Of a stretch of 64,000 nt of DNA, positions 1 to 12,766 are shown piece by piece. The stretch is from positions 87,296,001 through 87,360,000 of the forward strand of contig NC_043005.1 in the NCBI RefSeq assembly GCF_006345805.1, written 5' to 3'. Below the pieces are notes generated by a model. The model was not told the DNA's origin and made no database searches. It was given only the letters and a program-made list of their open reading frames with translations. This stretch comes from Octopus sinensis (Eukaryota). The translations under genes were made by a program, and so were the position numbers. Every line of letters begins with the position of its first letter. Position 1 is the stretch's first letter.

Positions 1-150
1 TTTTCGTAACGCAGTAGCGTGTGATTTAATTTATTTCTAGCAGATAGTATTACTCCTGTTGCGAGTTGAAATAGTACCAGTGATACACACTCCTAGTTTT
101 TGACTCACATCTATTCATATGTGAAGAAAGACCTGACAGGCACTCCGTCA

Positions 151-406
151 GTTAAGTTAGGTTTATTTTTTGGCTCAAAAAGCAAAAAGCAAGGCCATGT
201 AGGGGGACATGGAGTTATGTACAGGGTGGTGTTCAGGCAAAGAGTTCAGGCCATTTCTGGTCAAAAGAGACTTTGAACCGAGCGGTTGTCGGCATCTTCA
301 CTATCTCGTCCGGCAGTTTATTCCACGGATCCGCAACCCGGACGGAGAAAGCCCCTCTCCTTCGATTGAGATGAAATCGTCGCAGATAGAGCTTTTCGGA
401 GTGACC
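151..406 (-). mobile_element. CR1-like LINE, 3'-terminal fragment with (TAAC)n-like tail, nested in a SINE tail
   Basis: Minus strand reads GHSEKLYLRRFHLNRRRGAFSVRVADPWNKLPDEIVKMPTTARFK, a CR1 ORF2 C-terminus. Near-identical to 28335-28587. SINE-3 tail sequence lies on both sides (140-154 and about 411-475). Confidence 0.85.
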
Positions 407-584
407 GAAATTACATTCACGACTGTACTAGTTGACCTGGTCAATTCAACAGCATGTTCGTGAAATGAATACGCACGTATCTCACACACACAGCAACACA
501 CACACACACACATACACACACACATTCTCGCACACACATACATACACACACATCATATATACACACTTATATACATGCATACAT

Positions 585-825
585 ATCTGTAATTATTGGG
601 GCCCTGGGACATGTAACACACTGCCCAAATACCAATCTTGAGAAATTAGGCTTCTTAAAACCAGAAAGGAGAAAACTAATTCGAAGGTAACAGAGACAAG
701 CCATCACTGGAACAGTAAAAATCTGTAAAACTTTCCATAAGTTTATCATTTAAACATATATGATCATGTCTTGATATGAAAATATATGCATGAGAAAACA
801 TATATACAAATCTGCTCATATACAA

Positions 826-858
<33 letters not shown>

Positions 859-1077
859 CATACATACATATAAATATGCACATACATACATACATATATA
901 TACATACATACATACATACATACATACATACATACATACATACATACATACATACATACATACAAAAATACCCTGTTGTTGATGTTGAAATTCCAATAAA
1001 GGAGCATTGGATCAATGTTAGAGACCGGCTCTTACTCTATTGGCAAAAAATCGTGAAATAAAATTGAACAATAACAT
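585..1077 (+). mobile_element. 3' end of a non-LTR retrotransposon with restriction-like endonuclease, plus 3' UTR containing (CATA)n
   Basis: Reads IIGALGHVTHCPNTNLEKLGF...RRKLIRR*QRQAITGTVKICKTFHKFII*, matching the IIGALG...LQ...G C-terminus of RLE-type elements. One internal stop. Confidence 0.6.
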
Positions 1078-1139
1078 GCATACATACATACGTACATACA
1101 TGCACACACACTCACACATATATACACTCCAACAACACG

Positions 1140-1342
1140 CACACTATTAACGTAGGTCTCAGGAAGATTGAACGTGGTACAAAACGTGCCAGGGTTGTCC
1201 TTTCGAATTACAGGTACAATTCATATTCTCCATCTGATTGGACGGAAGTAACGTGAAATAAATTGTCAACGCGTCACCAGGAATCAAACACACGTCCGCA
1301 TGATCGTAAGCGGATACCTTAAACTCTAAGTCACACGCCTTC
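1140..1342 (-). mobile_element. tRNA-derived SINE family 3, degenerate
   Basis: Similar to 49260-49576 and 24705-24965 (TTTcGAAtTACAGGTACAA...AACGTGAAATAAA...GGAATCaAAC). Confidence 0.65.
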
Positions 1343-2070
1343 ACAATTACGAAAGAACCGACATAATATATCTTCTATATATACCACAGGCGAAAAATAA
1401 GATAACGTAAACAACATTTTCTCTTGTGATATATAAATGGTATAAACGTGGGAGACATTGTGTGTTTATTTTCTTTGTGCTTCAAAACCTTGCAGAAAAT
1501 AAATTTGTCAATACTGGATGCAGAATAAAATCGCCTTACGTAAAAGACAACCTGCGTGTTTTCCTGTGTTAATTGTCTTTTGTGTGCGTTGTGTATATTT
1601 CATGTGAATCTTTCTGAAGATGGCGGTCCACAAATATCTATGTTATCCTTATTAACTCAACTCTTTTTCCGGCCTTGAATATACATGCAATTTTTATTTT
1701 GTGTTGTAAGTAAAAAGAACTTTCATAATTGCGTAGTCGTATATGTTCACCATGTTTGTTATAATGAAAATACATTTATTTGTTACCTGCTTCTGAATAA
1801 TACATATGTCACTGCTTGCCTTCCATATATTTCATTCTTTTATAGCCTGCTTCAGTGTAACGGAGCAGCGCTTATTAACTGCTGTTTGCTTCAGCTATTG
1901 TGTATCCTTACGTAGCACTTGGTATCTAACGTATTATGTCAAACATACAAACACACACTCACAAACACAGACCTACAGACACACATACATTCATAGAAAC
2001 CGCATATATACATGCGCACCTACATACATATATGTATATGTGCGTACATATTTGTGTGTGTGAGCATAAA

Positions 2071-2143
<73 letters not shown>

Positions 2144-2163
2144 CTCTATATATATATATGTAT

Positions 2164-2194
<31 letters not shown>

Positions 2195-2255
2195 CACACA
2201 TATATATAGGTGTGTGTGTATAAATATATATCCATGCATGCGTATATATACATTC

Positions 2256-2290
<35 letters not shown>

Positions 2291-2727
2291 CATACAAACT
2301 TACATACATACATTTGAAGACAATATCACAAGGTGTCCTCGCCTGAAACGAATATTTAACAACTATATGTAACAAAAACAAGTTTGAGAAAGATAAAGAA
2401 ATGAAGCTAACTCGCAATGAAGCTAAGAGTTGCTGTAATAATTACGTGGTAAAACTTGTTCACAAAATTTTCGTTTTGTATTCTATAGCTTTATGCCAAT
2501 ATCCTGTAAAAAGAAGCCTTGCGCGTCTAGAGGGATAGTGTCGCTGAGTAACTTGTATAAAGGTTCTCATATTTATTTCTATTCAAAGAATAATGTTCTG
2601 TATTATGTCTTGAGAAAAGACCTAGCTTTTATCAACATCGACTGTATTTTCTCAATTGAAAGTCATTTTAGAGAAACCAAATGAAGAATAACATTTTGTT
2701 CTGTCATGGTGTCTTATGATTTGGTAC

Positions 2728-2945
2728 CGCAGTTCGTCGGTTCCGACGTGGAGGGACCCAGTTGATGCTTTCAACGGAAAGGCCTGCTCGTGAAGTTAAT
2801 GGGCAAGTGGCGTGGAGGAGTCCACAGGAATGCGTACGATTAACCTAATCCTCTGGGGTGTTCCCTGTGACTTTTGAAATACTGGTACGTAATCGAACTC
2901 ACAACTTTACGATTGTAAGACAAGTAACCTAACCAGTAAGCGATA
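2728..2945 (-). mobile_element. SINE family 3, degenerate and internally deleted
   Basis: CGTCGGTTcCGACG...CCAGTTGAT...AACGGAAaGCCTGCTCGTGAAgTTAA, and the B-box complement AATCGAACTC. Confidence 0.65.
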
Positions 2946-3077
2946 CACACACAAACACTCATACACACGCACGCATACACATAAAAGCACACTCGCACGC
3001 GAAGGCATACACATATGCAGACACATGCAGACACATGCATATACATACATACACACACATATATATGCATATGTAAA

Positions 3078-3951
3078 TACGTGATCTGATGAATAAGTGT
3101 CCGGACTGTTGCCATAGTAACGAAGCTAAAACACGGAGAGTAAAACGGCATGGCATAGATTGACCTTGAACTCTGTTGTATATGTGCAATACGTTTTAAC
3201 GTTTTAGGTCACTTCCGCTGTTTACAGCAGTGCTTGGCAGGAAGGTGTGTAGCTTGTGATCGTCGCATTGACCACGACAGAGGAAGTTCATTAGAAAATC
3301 TCTCAAATTTTACCAAAATCTTGGCGATACTTGTTCAGAGACCAATGCAAAGTTTTCAAAAAGTCTTCATCGTTTTCGACGAAATCAAGGAGATCTTGTG
3401 CAACCTAAACCCGAGCGTCTTGTAGGTCAGCTGAAAGCAGTTTCGGCACAAACTTGGCAAGCAAGAGTCTCACACCCGAAATCCTCAGTGATAATCAACT
3501 CAACTGAACCGTAACTAATCTGCAAATCCTCTGATAACTCACGGATGGTGATTTCACGTTTTCCCCCCGAGCTGTACGCACATCTGCAGCTTGTGGGTCA
3601 CCCAGTTACATTCGTCAATATCGGCATTTTTTCTATAATCTTAGAAACGTCTGCACGACTCGTACACTTGTGTCCGACTCAAACACTCCTCATCATACAC
3701 TTTCTGCAACTTTTGTACGCCTCTGAGCAGATACCTCCATGACAATTTTTTCTGTCATGTCAATCACACACTACACACCTTCCTTCTAAGTACTGCTGTA
3801 AACAGCGGAAGTGAGCAAGAACTTTAAAACTTAGTTGGCATGCACAACAGAGTTCAAGTTCAAACTTTGCCAAGAGACATTACTCTGCGCGCTTTAGCTT
3901 CGTTTTCGTTGCTATGGTAACAGTCCGGATACTTATTGATCGGACCCCGTA
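3078..3951 (-). mobile_element. Mariner-type DNA transposon deletion derivative with about 180-bp imperfect TIRs
   Basis: 3078-3260 is the inverted counterpart of 3765-3951, with TA at both ends. The interior (minus) retains an N-terminal transposase: VYDEECLSRTQVYE..RRF, ENREITIRELSEDLQISYGSVELIITEDFG and KFVPKLLSADLQDARV (WVPxxL-type motif). No catalytic domain. Confidence 0.85.
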
Positions 3952-4069
3952 TATATTGATATATACATATGAATTTTTGTATGTATGGTGCAACGATTTA
4001 AAAAGAAACAGCACGAACGGAATGAGGTTTGGAATATAATGCACTCTTTTAACGCCGCAGTAGAAGAGG

Positions 4070-4105
4070 TCTTAATGTTTCGCTTGTTAGACGTTCATCA
4101 GAAGA
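4070..4105 (-). ncRNA. Degenerate minimal type I hammerhead ribozyme motif
   Basis: Minus strand TCTT-CTGATGA-ACGTCTAACAAGC-GAAAC-ATT-AAGA. Stem I and core intact; stems II and III eroded. Flank resembles 37251-37284. Confidence 0.5.
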
Positions 4106-5419
4106 AAGGAAAGGTGAAGACCAGAAGGAGTGAGAACGTGAAATATGAGTGGCAAGAAAAGGCAAGTAATCACGAAGCCGACTTGCATATCATTTTGCGG
4201 AAGACGTTTATATATTAGAGATGAAAGGGCTAAGTGTGCAGATACAATAATGTATATCTCTCTGGAAGTGAGCATAAGATTGGGTGGTGCGAATGTATGT
4301 TAGTATGGAGGGCGTATGTGTATAGAGGTGTGAATTTGTGGCGTTGGGTAGCCAGGGTGTGGAGTGTTATTGTGTATGTGTGATGGGTGATGGGTGGGAA
4401 AGAGTCTGAATGAGAAGGTATGATTGGGTACGAGCATAACAGACTAAAGATATTGGAGTAGCCCGTGGATGAGCAATAGCAATGTAGAAGCTGTTATTCA
4501 TGTGAGTACTAGTGTATAACATGTACGTAGAGGGAAGCTTCAAACAATTATTTAAAAGATAGTGTGATAGAGAGAGAGAGAGGCAGAGAGGGAGACACAA
4601 TGTGTGTGTATGTGAGGGAGAAATATATGAAATTTGTGAATGAAGAAGTCGAAGAAATATACGAATGTAACCCATAATGGCAAACATACGGCAGGTTTGG
4701 TAGAGTATCTAGAGTACTGGATGAAGTTGGTATAAATTAACGTAGAAGTATGAATTATGGTGAACAGAGCAAAAACCTGACGTGAAGTACCTGGTGTAAA
4801 AAGAGAAAATTCTAATGTAGTTAGTATAGGTAGGGAAGTAGCAGTAGGGAATACACAGTCACACAAACACACACTCACAGAAATGTGTGTGTGAGAGAGA
4901 GAGAGTGTGTGTGTGTGAGATAGAGAGGGAGAGAGAGAGAGAGTATGTTTGTGTGTGTGTGTAGTCACAAATTACAGAGATATAGTTTGATGAAATTTTA
5001 TTAACAATACGAAAATTCTAATCTCACAAATTGTTTCGTAACTTAAAAACATGTAAATAATTTATATTATGATATTTAATAACAAATAAATTACTTGCAT
5101 GCCTGCGTGAATGCAAAATGCAAGAAATCTCTGAAACTAATGCAGAATTTAAGCTACGTCCTCAGGCGAAAGAAATTCTTTGTTTAATCGTAAATTCTCT
5201 ATGTTCCTATAGGAAAGCAAAGTAAAAAATGTTAAAATATTATGGAAGACGATAATAATAAAATTGATATAAATAAATAAGATTTTCTAAGAAATAGAAT
5301 GAAATTTTCGTAATGTAATTTAAAAAGTAACTTGTAGATATTATTCGTAAAATAAAAGAAAAGATATATATTTATTACTGAAAGTATTAAAGATAAAAGA
5401 TCATAAACGCAGAGAAAAA

Positions 5420-5453
5420 ATATAATAATAATAATATTATTGTTATTATTATC

Positions 5454-5507
<54 letters not shown>

Positions 5508-6031
5508 GAGTGAGAGATCAGTGCATACCATCAAAGTGACACTGGGGTAAAATATACGAAGCCCAGTATACCCGTCATGACTACCCGTCTGATAAAGGTA
5601 CACCAGGCACATGCATCACAACCATATGTGCGCAACATGGTGATCTCATATCAAGATAAACAGCACATGACCTTGCAGGTGGGGCCCACTTAGAATTTTC
5701 TTCAGGTCGAGTAATCCATCCTGCTCAAAAGGTCCTTGAATAAGGGTTGTTTAAATATGTTGAATGAAACACCCATGTTTCCAGAGGTGAATCATTCAAA
5801 CCCCAAAGAATCCCTCTCAACACATGGCTATGATGTTCCCCCACTACTTCAGCTCATGATCAGAGATGCACATATCGTCAGCCACTAAGGGACATGCTCA
5901 ACTGGTTAAGGTCAAACAACTGACAAGCAAATCTGTGGTATTGAGCTGAATATTTGCTGTAGCCCATCTTTTATACCAAGACAAAACAATGTACATGATA
6001 ACACTTCTAATCAGTTTCATTATTATTATTA

Positions 6032-6065
<34 letters not shown>

Positions 6066-6139
6066 ATTACTATTATTATTATTATTATTATTATTATTTT
6101 ATTATTATTATTATTATTATTATATTATTATTATTATTA

Positions 6140-6203
<64 letters not shown>
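5420..6203. mobile_element. About 510-bp interspersed repeat (5507-6017) embedded in (TTA)n microsatellite
   Basis: Complex sequence flanked on both sides by long (TTA)n tracts, next to an R4/Dong-like 3' end. Consistent with TAA-repeat-targeted retroposition; family assignment is inference. Confidence 0.55.
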
Positions 6204-6490
6204 GTCTTTGCACAGTTTCTAACGCTGGAGATGTATTACAGTGTCAGCTGTTCTCTACCAGTCAGCTAAGGTAACACCCTTATTTTTCGAGCACCATCCG
6301 GAGTATACGAGTGGTTCCAGCAATGTTGTTTTCTGCAAGTACTCTATCCTTATTGCAGCCCTTATTTGTTCCATGTAGTACTCAATATTTTTACTCACTG
6401 TTCCCAGGGCTCCAACAATTTTTGGTACAACTACCACTTTTTTCAGTGAGTACAAATGCTTAAATTCCCTAGCAACCTATCATATCTCTC
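6204..6490 (-). mobile_element. R4/Dong-like non-LTR retrotransposon 3' end
   Basis: ORF 6255-6455 VVVVPKIVGALGTVSK...LQKTTLL, then by frameshift GTARILR. Ends in (TAA)n on the minus strand. Confidence 0.8.
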
Positions 6491-6697
6491 GTATCGTTTG
6501 CTTCGCCCTGGCCGTGTTCTGCCCTTACCTTCGAAACACGCATTGAGTCGAATCAGGGGCAGCTGATGAAGGGGAATTTTCCTTGTATCGTTTGTCTTGT
6601 ACTCTGTTTTTTGTTGTTTTTTTAAAAAAGGCCGTTTCCTTGTTGATTTTATGTTTTCGTTTCTCGTTATGTTCTACGTTATGGGTGTGTCTGTACT

Positions 6698-6728
<31 letters not shown>

Positions 6729-6903
6729 ATAAATATTAGGGAATAAATCCAAATTTACAGGGAAAAAATCAGATTTAGGATTAAATCCAATTTTATAGTA
6801 AAATATTATAAAATATTATTAGAGACAAAACCACTATTTTGCAAAACAAACAAGGAAAGACTTAATCAATACATAAAATTTTAATAAATAGTCAAAAAAA
6901 CCG

Positions 6904-6946
6904 CCACTACAATCGTTTCTTGTCTTGATCGACAATCTTCAGGTGG
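6904..6946 (-). ncRNA. Minimal type I hammerhead ribozyme, intact core
   Basis: Minus strand CCAC-CTGAAGA-TTGTC-GATCAA-GACAA-GAAAC-GATT-GTA-GTGG: 4-bp stem I, 5-bp stem II, 2-bp stem III, GUA cleavage triplet. Confidence 0.8.
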
Positions 6947-9189
6947 ACTTCCAATCTAAAAATCAATATTTTAAAATATAAAATAATAATTTTAAAATAA
7001 TTAAAGTATGAATGAAAAAAATAAGTATATAATCCATATATAACCTATATATAATCCATATATAATCAATATATAACAATATATAAACTAAAAAAACCTA
7101 TCAACAATTAAATATAAACTATAAAATATAAAATATAAAATATAAAACAAAACAAAAAAATAATAATAATATAATAATAAACTATATATACACCCATACA
7201 CATATACCTAATTATATATAACCATATCTAACTACATACACTAAATCACACACCTATATATATATCCCTATACATACACATAAAAACGTCTAGGCAACTA
7301 TAAATAAATAAAATAGCTAAATACTTCAACACAATACTTATTCATACTCCCACGCACACACACATACAACCCACATTCACGCTCTAGAAAACGGACATCA
7401 CTCAAAACTATGAACGGAGAAATGGAATAAATGGAATTAAAAATTATATTCACTTGGTAAAACGAACACTACTTAAAAATTATGAATGAAACAATGCAAT
7501 AAAACAACAGACATCGCAAATAGACACAAATTACTACGAATTCCTTAACAACCTATCATGATAAACCAAAAACTCATAAAAACATATAATGATAAATCTC
7601 CCTTTACTAAACTCTATAACACAATATAGCAATCCCCCTACCCTAAACATTCACACACAAATACACACACGTAAACCACACACCCACGACATATACAAAT
7701 ACCCACACCACTTACACATACCAATACATACATATAAACCTCAACATATACTCCAAAAACCACTCAACCCCCACACAGACAAATAAACACAAAAATTATG
7801 AATGGATTCTTTTATAAAACTACCATGATAAGCTAAAACTCACAAAACAGAAATGATAAAACCTCCCAATACTAAACACTATAACATACTTATATAGCAA
7901 TCCCTTTAATCTATACATTCACACACAAAAACACACACGTAACCACACACCCATAACAAATACAAACACCCACCCCACTCACACACACCCACAAGTACAT
8001 ATAAGCCTCAACATATACACCAAACAAATTACTTTACCAAGGAACTTAACATATGTATAAAAAGTATAACCGCTCTAGAAACGAACATCTCTAAATTAAT
8101 GAATGGAGAAATGGAATAAATGGAATTAAAAATAATATTCACGTGGCAAAACGAACACCACTCAAAAATTATGAATGAAACAATGTAATAAAACAACCAA
8201 CATCGAAAATAGACAAATTACCACGAATTCCCTAAAAAAAACCATGATAAACCAAAACTCTTAAAAACATATAACGATAAAATCTCTCTTGCTAAACTTT
8301 ATAAACAAACCTATAATCATCCCCTAACCTAAACATTCACACACACAATACACACACGTAAACCACAGACCCACGACTTATACACATACCTATACTAACT
8401 TATAAACCTCAATATACACCAAAACCCACTCACTCCCACACAGACAAAATTACACATACATCCCAAAACCTAAATAACAAACCCATATACACATTCACAC
8501 ACAAACACACACACACGCAAAACCCACACACACAACGGATACATATACTCCCTCACATATACGCATATACATACTCACTAAACTCGATAATATAACAATA
8601 TTTACACACCCACACTCATACAGATAAATAAATTATACAACTAAAAACTCACACACAAACTCATATACATAAACACTCCTATAAAAACAACATTAAATAC
8701 ATCGTAATTACCAGATATCAAAAATAACAATATGACATAAGGATAAATAAAGACATACTTACAAGTCAGTTTCAAATTATGAAGTGAAATTAAATTCTTA
8801 GCCGTTAAAAAAATCAACCAAAATTACGTTACCATAGAAATAACTTATGTAAAAAAAGAATACGCGCCATGGAAAATAAACGTCATTTAAATTATGAATG
8901 GAGAAAAAGAATAAATGGAACTAGAAACTATATCCACGTGGCAAACCAACACTACTTAAAAAATTTTTATTATGAATGGATTCATTAAAAAACTATATTT
9001 TATATTTTATAGTTTATATTTAATTGTTGATAGGTTTTTTTTAGTTTATATATTGTTTATATATTGATTATATATGGATTATATATAGGTTATATATGGA
9101 TTATATACTTATATTTTTTCATTCATACTTTAATTATTTTAAAATTATTATTTTTATATTTTAAAATATTGATTTTTTAGATTGGAAGT

Positions 9190-9232
9190 CCACCTGCAGA
9201 TTGTCGATCAAGACAAGAAACGATTGTAGTGG
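9190..9232 (+). ncRNA. Hammerhead motif, inverted twin of 6904-6946 with a core mutation
   Basis: CCAC-CTGCAGA-TTGTC-GATCAA-GACAA-GAAAC-GATT-GTA-GTGG; A6 is changed to C at 9197. Confidence 0.7.
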
Positions 9233-9319
9233 CGGTTTTTTTGACTATTTATTAAAATTTATGTTTTGATTAAGTCTTTCCTTGTTTGTTTTGCAAAATA
9301 GTGTTTTGTCTCTAATAAA

Positions 9320-9350
<31 letters not shown>

Positions 9351-10265
9351 TGTATATATACATGTAGATGTAAGTATGTACATATATATATGTATACATG
9401 CATATATTTTATTTATTTATTATATTATTATATATATATATATATCTTATTTCCTATGTAGCTGAATGTACGTGTTTCAGCTGTCATCCAACCAATCAGA
9501 AAGCGATTTCTGTTATAATTTGAGTAAGGTATCTTCTTCCATCAAGATAATTAACGTTACCTGGATAAGGTTTCAATTCTTAATAAGGAATTAAAACCAC
9601 CGCTGCCAAAACGGAATAAAAGATACCAAAGGAGTGACGATAATTATTGCCATATTGGTGTCATCAGTGCTTCTAATATTAAAGAAAAATTATATGGAAC
9701 GTTGAAATAACCATCACATTAACCTTGAATTGACACCGCTATAAACTTATATCGATTTTTCCAATGTCTAGCCAGATGACCAATTTTTATAGCATGAAGT
9801 ATTAGCAGATTGAAATGGTGTTTGTATTGTAGTTCAATAGTAGCACTTTTCGAACGTTTTCCCTGCAAATATTGTTGCTACAAATATTAGTAAAATCGAT
9901 TGCGTTTCAATTTGAAGTTTATGTCTAAGTGATTATAACTAAATAGTTTATTGTATTTATTCTGACACGCAAAAGCCTGCACCTCCTCAAGTCACGATCT
10001 AACGCTCTGTAATAGTCTGTACATAATAGATTCAGCTGTTAAAAGTACATCTTATTATCTGACAATAGGAAGCACTCCATGTGTAGCCATCTGTTTACAA
10101 GACATCACGAAAAACTGAATTTAAATTAACCATGGTATCACGAAAAGCTAAAGTCAAATGAATCATGGTATTCTTTTGCAGATAGCATCTCTTGTGGTCA
10201 CAATGTGATAAATAGCGCGACATCCTAGCAGTAGAATGACAATCATCTGAAATCTGTCATGAGAA

Positions 10266-10308
10266 TGTTAGACCCGCATTTCTGCCCGGTTGCGCTTCGT
10301 CAGTCGCA
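10266..10308 (-). ncRNA. Degenerate type I hammerhead motif
   Basis: Minus strand TGCGA-CTGACGA-AGCGC-AACC-GGGCA-GAAAT-GCGG-GTC-TAACA. Core and GUC intact; stems I and II each have two mismatches. Confidence 0.55.
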
Positions 10309-10379
10309 CGCAGATGCCAGAGCGTACCGGCTACTGACAAAGTCTAAAAGGGCAAAAGTGCGCATCTCATATACTTACC

Positions 10380-10705
10380 ACCGCAGCAGGAGGATTTTGT
10401 CTATTGATGGTATATTTCTTTTCTGTTTAACACAGTGTGACCATAACAGGTCAAGTGTCAAGTACCGCATTACATTTGGCTTTCCTGATGTATTTGTATT
10501 AGTTACGGTAGTCAGACGTTAATCTAATTCTGTTTCTGTTGTGCATAAAGGATTTTGAGTTACCCGATTGGCTAATTGCAGCGTCAGTGATTTTCCTGTT
10601 TTTGTTTTTATACATCAGTGAAGCCCCGGGACATTCTCTTCTAATGAATCTGGAAAGGATCTTTTCAGAGGCCTCTTGCATGGTAACTGATTGACTTGGC
10701 ATAAA
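10380..10705 (-). pseudogene. Possible decayed Penelope GIY-YIG C-terminal region
   Basis: Reads KITDAAISQ..SFMH..YKYIRKAK...LC/CVKQK with stops and frameshifts, loosely like the PLE C-terminus (SAIAxH...LCxQK). Directly upstream of the hammerhead at 10266-10308. Confidence 0.35.
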
Positions 10706-10758
10706 GGAACAACAACGACGTTCACAGCAACAGCAACATATTAATGTTCTACCAAAAT

Positions 10759-10920
10759 AGGCGCAATTGTGGTCGTGTGGTGTGAAGCTTGCTTCCCAAC
10801 TACATGGTTCCAGGTTCAGTCCCTCTGCGTGACACCTTTGGCCGACCTAACTTTTGTGAGTGGATTTGGTAGACGGAAGCTGAAAGAAGCCCGTCGTATG
10901 TGTATGTGTGTGTGTGTGGT
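10759..10920 (+). mobile_element. tRNA-derived SINE family 2, 5' part
   Basis: GGCGCA..GTGG..GTGTGGT...GGTTCcaGGTTCAGTCCC head, then GTGAGTGGATTTGGTAGACGGAAgCTGAAAGAAGCCCGTCG. Confidence 0.8.
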
Positions 10921-10931
10921 TGCTGCATGTA

Positions 10932-12072
10932 CATAAACTACTATAAAATAACGACCATAGGACTACAAAAATATCTACTTCAGAAGGAAGGAAAACTGAT
11001 CCAGATAGCGGCAAAACACGAGCAAAACAAAAAACTGTTCTCAGTATTTAAGGAAGCTGACAAATACAAACAAGAAATCATACCACCTAAAAAACATGAA
11101 GAAGAAGAAGAAGAAGATGAAGAAACAACAAAAGCTATAAAACAAATGAAATCCAAACTAAAAATAGAACAGCAACGAACCATGATAAAACGATGGCAAG
11201 AAAAGCCCCTTCATGGTAAATACTGGACTAAACTAACGAAAAGAAATAGACAAAGAAACAATCCCAGCAATGGTTGAGAAGCTCAGGACTCAAAGCAAAA
11301 CAGAGGGATTTTTAATTGCAGCACAAGACCAAAGCCTCCCCACCAGAAATTACCAAAAACATGTAATGAAAAGAAATATTACAAGTAACTGCAGAATATG
11401 TGGAGATGTTCAAGAAACAATAAATCATATTATCTCTAGCTGCCCAGTCTTGGCTAAGAAGGAATATATTCACAGACATGACAGAGTTGAAACTACATAC
11501 ATTGGAAGCTATGCCAACATTATGGAATAACAACAGAAAAGATGGTATAGGCACACACCAGAAAAGGTCACAGAAAACGAGAAAGCAACCATACTCTGGG
11601 ATATGCCGATACATACAGATAGAGAAATTAAGGCAACAGACCAAGATATAGTTGTCAGAGATCATGAAGAAAAAAAATGCTTTCTAATTGATGTATCAAT
11701 ACCGGCTGATGACAACGTGTCTCTAAAAGAAATGGAGAAACTCTCAAAATACAAAGACCTGGAAATAGAGGTAACTAGAATGTGGAATCTGAAAACAGAA
11801 ACAATTCCTATCATAGTAGGTGCATTAGGCATGATAAAAAATATTCAGACAAATACATAACAAAAACACCAGGACTTACAACACATATAACATACAGAAC
11901 ATTGCACTACTAGGCACTGCACACATCCGACGCAGAACACTTTCCATACAATAACCATCAGAGCATCACAACAAATCACAGCACATACCCAAGGCACACA
12001 GAGCTGTGCTCGGTAGTGAAGTGAAAGCACGCTATAAAAATAAAACTACTGAATAATAATAATAATAATAAA
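10932..12072 (+). mobile_element. R4/Dong-clade non-LTR retrotransposon, 5'-truncated and frameshifted (zinc knuckle plus restriction-like endonuclease)
   Basis: ORFs 10900-11277, 11270-11530 and 11603-11860: WQEKPLHGKY, TEGFLIAAQDQSLPTRNY, CRICGDVQETINHIISSC (CCHC), RHD, DIVV...LIDVSIP...EKLSKYKDL, PIIVGALG. Ends in (TAA)n. Confidence 0.92.
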
Positions 12073-12134
12073 TAGTCCGTTACGTGCGTATTTGTCTTTT
12101 AAGAAGGGCAATGCACTAACTGGAATATTGTTAT

Positions 12135-12292
12135 AAAGATTATTTGCCAACATAATATGGCAGTCCTGGTTCGAAAATATAAGGACACAGATCATGTCGT
12201 ATCGCCAGCTGGAGACGATGTCTCCTGGTGCTAAATTACTGGAACATTCGTTCTAAACCAGGACTGTCATGTTATGCTGGAAAATAATCTTT
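12135..12292. repeat. Imperfect foldback (arms 12135-12176 / 12251-12292), same family as 51040-51195
   Basis: AAAGATTATTTGCCAACATAATATGGCAGTCCTGGTT vs AACCAGGACTGTCATGTTATGCTGGAAAATAATCTTT. The reverse complement of the interior recurs at 51100-51190. Confidence 0.7.
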
Positions 12293-12340
12293 ACTACAAA
12301 GTACTGTTGATGAATATCTCCCGTAGTAATATTTACAAAC

Positions 12341-12499
12341 AGTAATTTTCTGGATCTATTGGATTTTTCGTCACAGGTATATTGTGAAATGAAAGCAAGT
12401 ACAACATCGTTAATTATGAGAATATATTAGAGAAACGTAATTGCCTTTATACGTATGTATATATATATATATATATATATACGTAATTGCCTTTATATG

Positions 12500-12580
<81 letters not shown>

Positions 12581-12686
12581 TAGATAGATAGATAGAGAGA
12601 TAGATAGATATAGATATATATACATATGTATATATATACATATGTACATATATATAACATATATGTTTGTATATACATATATGTAT

Positions 12687-12766
<80 letters not shown>

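Larger units (their letters stand above)
6728..9326. mobile_element. Non-coding Penelope-like element with about 330-bp inverted arms (6807-7137 / 8994-9326), each carrying a hammerhead motif
   Basis: Arms are near-identical reverse complements. Interior is G-poor, A/C-rich and internally repeated. Flanked by (TA)n. Confidence 0.75.

Noticed and set aside
4552-4968. 138-aa ORF, possible Penelope C-terminus upstream of the 4070 hammerhead
   Set aside because: Starts in a microsatellite and the motif similarity is only suggestive.
6555-6600. CTGATGA followed by a hairpin (similar cases at 1614, 3087, 19551 and 41230)
   Set aside because: No correctly placed GAAA-stem III-NUH or complementary stem I.
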